A stretch of DNA of 64,000 nucleotides from NCBI GenBank assembly GCA_965231215.1, contig OZ246423.1, forward strand, positions 160,001 through 224,000, read 5' to 3'. The stretch's first letter is position 1. Each line of letters starts with the position of its first letter. The translations under genes were made by a program, and so were the position numbers. Below the pieces are notes generated by a model. That model was not told the DNA's origin, ran no database searches, and worked only from the letters and a program-made list of their open reading frames with translations. Origin of the DNA: Candidatus Altimarinota bacterium (GTDB lineage Bacteria > Patescibacteriota > Gracilibacteria > UBA4473). This document shows positions 59,159 to 64,000 of the stretch, in pieces.

Positions 59159-60832
59159 ATGCAAAAAATCGTTCAAGACTACTTAGCAAAAAACTGGAAT
59201 CCAGACTACGCTACAAAGCTCAACTTTGCTCCAGTACCCAAAGGACAGTCCGGGGATCTAGCGATGAACTTTTTTGCCCTTACCAAAGAACTCAGCAAAT
59301 CCCCTATTGAAATTGGAAATGAAGTATCTGAAGTTTTAAACGGATGTGACATTTTAGAAAAAACTGAAATGGCAGGGCCTTATTTAAATTTATACTTCAA
59401 ACCTGAAAAGTTCTTTGAAACCGCGCTCCAAACCCCACTCAAAACTGAGTTACTTAAAAACCAAACCGTTGTAGTTGAATACTCTTCCCCCAACACCAAC
59501 AAACCACTTCATCTGGGACACATGAGAAATCATGCCTTAGGGATTTCAGTTTCTAATCTACTTGAAGCTGTTGGAGCTAAGGTCGTTCGAGCCGCCATTA
59601 TTAATGATCGCGGAATTCACATTTGCAAATCTATGCTCGCCTACCAAAAGTTTGGTAACGATGAAACCCCAGAATCTACCGGCAAAAAACCAGATGAATT
59701 TGTAGGGCATTATTACGTAATGTTTGAAACCGAAAACAAAAAAGATGAATCACTCCTTAAAGAAGCTCAAGAAATGTTACGCGCCTGGGAAGATGGAGAC
59801 CCAGAAATTCGAAAGCTTTGGGAACAAATGAACGAGTGGACTTACCAAGGACATCAAAAAACCTATGACAGGCAGGGCGTTACTTTTGACAAAAAATACT
59901 ATGAATCTGACACCTACCAAATGGGAAGAGAATTTGCTCTCAAAGGGTTAGAAGAGGGAATCTTTTATAAAAAAGACGGAGCGGTCTGGATTGACCTATC
60001 AGATCAAGGGTTAGATGAGAAAATTATTATTCGTTCAGATGGAACCACCGTCTATGTAACCCAAGATCTCGCCACTACTTTTTTGAGAGCTAAAGATTTC
60101 AACTTCGATCAACATATCTGGGTAGTTGCCGATGAACAGAATTATCATTTTCAGGTACTTATTGCCTGTTTAGATAAACTTAAATTATGTGAGAAAGAAA
60201 AATTATTTCACCTGGGATATGGACTAGTACACCTGCCTGACGGACGAATGAAATCTCGAGAAGGAACCGTAGTCGATGCGGACAACCTCATGGATCAGCT
60301 GAAAGAAATGGCTACTACCAAGGTAGAAGAAAACAATAATGATTTCACAGCCGATGAAACTGAAGCTATTGCCGAAGCCGTACAAAACGCCGCTTGGAAA
60401 TTTTATTTACTGAAAACGTCTCCTAATAAAACCATTACTTTTGAAGCCGAAAAATCTATTGATTTTCAAGGCGCCACAGGGCCTTATCTTCAATATGCCG
60501 GAGTCAGAATAAAATCTATTTTACGTAAAGCCAGTAACTTCGATGTTAAAAATATCGCCGCCCTTGGCGAGGCAGAAAAACCATTAGGGGTAAAAATACT
60601 GGAATGGCCAGAGGTGCTAAACCGCGCCGCGGAAAACAAAAACCCAACCTATATGGTAACCTACTTACTAGAATTGGCACAGATCTGGTCTAGTTTTTAC
60701 GCCGAAAATTCAGTGCTGAATGCCGAAGCCCCTGATACAAAAAATGCCAGATTGGTACTGGCCCAAAAAGTGTTAGAAGTGCTCGAAACTGGGCTCAATA
60801 TCTTAGGCATTGAGGTGCCAGAAAAAATGTAA
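59159..60832 (+). CDS. argS: Arginine--tRNA ligase
   Basis: GPYLN, EYSSPNTNKPLHLGH, YESD, RSDGT.VY.TQD, MKSREG, GPYLQYA, PEKM C-terminus. Confidence 0.97.
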   Translation: MQKIVQDYLAKNWNPDYATKLNFAPVPKGQSGDLAMNFFALTKELSKSPIEIGNEVSEVLNGCDILEKTEMAGPYLNLYFKPEKFFETALQTPLKTELLKNQTVVVEYSSPNTNKPLHLGHMRNHALGISVSNLLEAVGAKVVRAAIINDRGIHICKSMLAYQKFGNDETPESTGKKPDEFVGHYYVMFETENKKDESLLKEAQEMLRAWEDGDPEIRKLWEQMNEWTYQGHQKTYDRQGVTFDKKYYESDTYQMGREFALKGLEEGIFYKKDGAVWIDLSDQGLDEKIIIRSDGTTVYVTQDLATTFLRAKDFNFDQHIWVVADEQNYHFQVLIACLDKLKLCEKEKLFHLGYGLVHLPDGRMKSREGTVVDADNLMDQLKEMATTKVEENNNDFTADETEAIAEAVQNAAWKFYLLKTSPNKTITFEAEKSIDFQGATGPYLQYAGVRIKSILRKASNFDVKNIAALGEAEKPLGVKILEWPEVLNRAAENKNPTYMVTYLLELAQIWSSFYAENSVLNAEAPDTKNARLVLAQKVLEVLETGLNILGIEVPEKM

Positions 60833-60968
60833 GTCAGACGTCAGTGAAGTTAAACTAGTGGACTCATCAAAACCCCCTCCAATAAGCGCTCAAAACTTAG
60901 CCCAAAGATCGCATACTATAAGCCCTAATCTGAAACTCAAATAAGTTCAGAAGGATATTAAGAGTTTA

Positions 60969-63284
60969 TTATAACAAAAACTTCGCCTCCCTCAACCCAT
61001 CAATTTTTTGTACCACCTGTAGAGAATCAATATCGATTTTACCTACGTATAAATCAGCGATTTCTCCGCCCTTTTGAAGATATTTTTCAATATCACGATT
61101 CCCCATAAAGTAGATTGCATCTTTAGTAAAGGCGCCTTTTGATTCACTATCGGCATACCCTCTTTTGGCCTTGAGGCACAATTTCCAAGCCAGGTCATCA
61201 CTTACATTAAAGGTGCTTTTTAGATAGTGGAATAAGTCGTGAAACCCCATTCGATTAGCCAAATAAATTGTAATAATTTGATAGGCAGGGGTGAGGAATT
61301 TTTCTCCAAGGTCTAACCCTAATTGATTTTGATTCCAGACAGCTAATCCTTCTTCAGTTCGAAGATAGTTAGCGGTTCCTCGTTCTAAAATTCGAAAAGG
61401 CTGCAGCTTTCCATTTTCATATCGGAACACATGTGTCCCGATCTCATGCACCAACAACGCATGCAATCTATTTCTTCTAAACTTAGCTCCTTTTTTTAGG
61501 AGTATCGCATCTCTTTTGGTTACCTGAATATCAGCTACAGATTCATCCAAAATTTTGATCTGCCAATGCCCAAGCCCATACTCTTTCAAAAAGTTATTCA
61601 AGATTTCTAAAGATTTTTTAAAATCAAGTTCTTCACTTTCATCAGCCTTAATTTTGCGTTCATGGTCTCTAATAAATTTTTGAGCCTCTTGATAAATATG
61701 TCGTGTAACTTTACCGAAGACTCTTTCTGAAAACAGTGCATACTCTGAACTTCCACGCGCCTCTAGCATTGACAGCCTATCCTCTAATTCTTGAATTTTT
61801 TTCTGAAACAGGGGGAATAATTCATGATTTACCTCTGGTAGTTTTTTGAGATCATTCCGCATAGCCGGAATATCTAGATTAATATCTTTATAGGTAAACC
61901 GAGGTGAAAATTCTGGACTCGCCAAAAATATTTCTTTTTGTTCTCTCAGATTCCGTGGATTGATAAATGACAGTAACTTTATCTGTGTATCAATCTCGGC
62001 AATTTTTAAATCAATATTTTTGAGCATACGTTCATCTACAGAATGAGTAGAAATCTCGGCAAGATTTTCTTTTTCAAACTTTTTATTTGGGTCAATATAA
62101 AAATCACTCAAAAACTTACCAGCCAGGATGAGGTCAGCGTCTTTTAAATCCTTGTGACTTTTCTCTACTGGAAGTTTCAATCTTTTGCCGTGAAGTGTAA
62201 TATCTAAAACTTTATTTTTTTCATCATAATACTCCTTAGCAATAAAATTTTTTTCAGCATTAAGCGCTACACGAGCCACTAAACTTTGTGGTGGATCAGA
62301 ATTCAAAAGTACATTCTCATAGATACCCACAATAGGTTTTGGGATGAAGTGTTCTTCATACACAGATTTTTCAGCAAAAAGAGTTTTCGCTACATCCACC
62401 CCTTCTTCTGGGGTAAGGACTTTTAGATCTACTACTTTATCCAGCCTTTTTTTAAGCGGGACTCTATTGGCCACTTGAATTTTAAGTCCCGGACGAGCAT
62501 TAAGTTCCAATATCTTAACTCCGGTATTAGTAACCACTAAATCTACTCCCAAAAACCCAATTTTGGTAACTGACTGAGACTTAGCTACCGCATGCAAAAT
62601 CTCATCCCAATAAGGCACTTTAAATCCCGCAGCTTTTTCTCCGTTAGGAAGTCTGGTAATGAATTTAGATTTCTTAGCCGCCCCTGTAGTAATGCCCGAA
62701 CCAATATCTACTCCCATAGCAATTGCGCCAAGCTCCATATTGGCTTTGCCCTCAGATTCTACCGTTGGAACTCGTAGCATAGCCATCACTGGCACCATAT
62801 TAAATACGATTACCCGAACATCTGGAAGGCCTGTTTGAGTCAACAATCTGAAGTCAGGATGTGGATCTAATTTTTCCTCAAAAATGATATAATCATAAGT
62901 CCCTGAAATGGAATATTTCCCTTCTAAAATGTCAATGCAGTGCAGATATAAATGTTCTTGATCATATTTTTTACCAGAAACCGTCACCCAATTTTTCCCT
63001 TTACGCTTATCAATCACCAAAATCCCGCCTCCCGCAAAACCTCTGTTAGGTTTAATTACAAAAGATTCTGGTAACCCTTCAAAAAATTCATTCGTTAACT
63101 GACGTTGGTTTTTTACGGTATGAAAAAGTCTAGCCGCTCCAATCCCTCGGGATTCTAAAAACTGCTTGGTAAAAATTTTATCATCAGCAAATTTTTTATT
63201 ACTACTCGAGTTATACCGCGAAATATAGAGTAAATTTCGCGCATTCATTCCCAAAATGCCAGAGGTATCGTTAGTAAACAACAT
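60969..63284 (-). CDS. Fusion: alpha-L-glutamate-ligase-like ATP-grasp + degenerate RimB/retropepsin-like domain + DUF1704 (MATCAP-like) metallopeptidase
   Basis: GILGMNARN..YI.RYN, ADDK..TK, KPNRG..G.GI, GLPDVRVIVF..VPVMAMLR.PT..S.GKAN, ELNARPGL.IQ.AN; middle IVGIYENV..ARVALNA..LILAGKFLSDFYIDP; C-terminal HEIGTH, TEEGLA, AKRG, FTKD.IY..G, LYVGKI. Confidence 0.85.
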   Translation of the reverse strand: MLFTNDTSGILGMNARNLLYISRYNSSSNKKFADDKIFTKQFLESRGIGAARLFHTVKNQRQLTNEFFEGLPESFVIKPNRGFAGGGILVIDKRKGKNWVTVSGKKYDQEHLYLHCIDILEGKYSISGTYDYIIFEEKLDPHPDFRLLTQTGLPDVRVIVFNMVPVMAMLRVPTVESEGKANMELGAIAMGVDIGSGITTGAAKKSKFITRLPNGEKAAGFKVPYWDEILHAVAKSQSVTKIGFLGVDLVVTNTGVKILELNARPGLKIQVANRVPLKKRLDKVVDLKVLTPEEGVDVAKTLFAEKSVYEEHFIPKPIVGIYENVLLNSDPPQSLVARVALNAEKNFIAKEYYDEKNKVLDITLHGKRLKLPVEKSHKDLKDADLILAGKFLSDFYIDPNKKFEKENLAEISTHSVDERMLKNIDLKIAEIDTQIKLLSFINPRNLREQKEIFLASPEFSPRFTYKDINLDIPAMRNDLKKLPEVNHELFPLFQKKIQELEDRLSMLEARGSSEYALFSERVFGKVTRHIYQEAQKFIRDHERKIKADESEELDFKKSLEILNNFLKEYGLGHWQIKILDESVADIQVTKRDAILLKKGAKFRRNRLHALLVHEIGTHVFRYENGKLQPFRILERGTANYLRTEEGLAVWNQNQLGLDLGEKFLTPAYQIITIYLANRMGFHDLFHYLKSTFNVSDDLAWKLCLKAKRGYADSESKGAFTKDAIYFMGNRDIEKYLQKGGEIADLYVGKIDIDSLQVVQKIDGLREAKFLL

Positions 63285-63286
63285 AA

Positions 63287-64000
63287 TTATTCTTGGCTAT
63301 CTTCGTTAAGTAAGCTTCTAAATTTAATATATTCTGAGACCCGTAGCCCTGTAAATCTCCCCAGCCAAACAGTGCCTAAGATGGGAAGAAGAATTAGCTC
63401 AGGCGTCGCCAACACGTTATCTTTCACTACTTCCCACGTTACAAACATAAACGCTACAAACGCTACAAATACCGTTTCTACTGCAGAAACAATCGCGTTT
63501 CGCATCCCTTCACTTGATTGAGATGAAAGAAATTTTTCTGAAAAAGTCGACATCACCATCATCGGAAAAATTGTCAGTGAAAGATCCATCGAAGTTCCAA
63601 AATAAACCGCTAATCCCAACACTACAAAAAAGGAAAGGGCCAAACAGCTAAGCAACAAGGAAACCTTTGGAATGTAGAGAAGCTCTACCCTATCAAACAG
63701 CAATCTAATCGCATAGCTCACCAACATTACCACTCCAAACACCATCAACCCAAATTGAAGTCCCAGTACTAAAAACGCCAACGCCAACATTAAAGGCGCC
63801 AAAACTCCAAAAGTAGAAACCCCAATAAACTGACGGAAAAACGCAATAATGAAGGCCAAAAAAGGCACCGAAAGCAAGATATAAATCACCGTTTGTGATA
63901 ACCCATTAGAAGAGAAAAAATTCATTAATCGACTGAAGGGAAGCAACCAACTAATTCGACTTCTTGAATCTACTCTTTGATTTTCAATCCCTCGAAGGTT
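63287..64000 (-). CDS. 7TM domain protein (7TM_transglut-like), 5' end outside window
   Basis: LL.VP......FRQFIGVSTFGV..P, LLYIPK, FPM....SEKF, LGRFTGLRVSEY.KFR. The frame is open upstream of the track's 63946 start to the window edge; 2 nt before the ATP-grasp gene. Confidence 0.88.
   Translation of the reverse strand, partial: NLRGIENQRVDSRSRISWLLPFSRLMNFFSSNGLSQTVIYILLSVPFLAFIIAFFRQFIGVSTFGVLAPLMLALAFLVLGLQFGLMVFGVVMLVSYAIRLLFDRVELLYIPKVSLLLSCLALSFFVVLGLAVYFGTSMDLSLTIFPMMVMSTFSEKFLSSQSSEGMRNAIVSAVETVFVAFVAFMFVTWEVVKDNVLATPELILLPILGTVWLGRFTGLRVSEYIKFRSLLNEDSQE

Noticed and set aside
1-64000. Genetic code 25 (TGA=Gly) as in Gracilibacteria sensu stricto
   Set aside because: Conserved genes are full length under code 11 and several end at TGA at the expected position.

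Overview
AT-rich bacterial chromosome segment, gene-dense and mostly housekeeping. I see no prophage, transposase, integrase, CRISPR array or rRNA. Gene content points to a Patescibacteria/CPR organism of Peregrinibacteria/Gracilibacteria-class type (inference): a CPR-typical conserved protein, alpha2-type GlyRS, three SLH proteins, a GT4-GH57-GH15-ROK glucan cluster and A-rich start contexts without Shine-Dalgarno. It uses standard code 11, because TGA terminates recR, tgt and purK at their normal ends. The window holds four aminoacyl-tRNA synthetases (glyQS, hisS, leuS, argS), three tRNAs (Leu-TAA, Cys-GCA, Asp-GTC), ndk, ssb, rpiB, tgt, recX, rlmH, recR, murB, tag, purE/purK, thrC-like and proB-like genes, and many surface or peptidoglycan-acting proteins. 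Best discoveries: (1) an unannotated, complete classical leader-peptide transcription attenuator (MKNLIVVPAPRPPQN, all four Pro codons, mutually exclusive 1:2/2:3/3:4 helices and a U7 terminator) in front of a glutamate 5-kinase gene, i.e. a probable proline-sensing attenuator; (2) a glutamate-ligase-type ATP-grasp fused to a catalytically dead RimB-like retropepsin and a DUF1704/MATCAP-like metallopeptidase, coupled to a 7TM protein (possible one-chain writer/eraser peptide-tagging system); (3) a dispersed hairpin element with covarying stem pairs; (4) two small ORFs missed by the ORF track. All family assignments come from motif recognition by eye, not from database searches.
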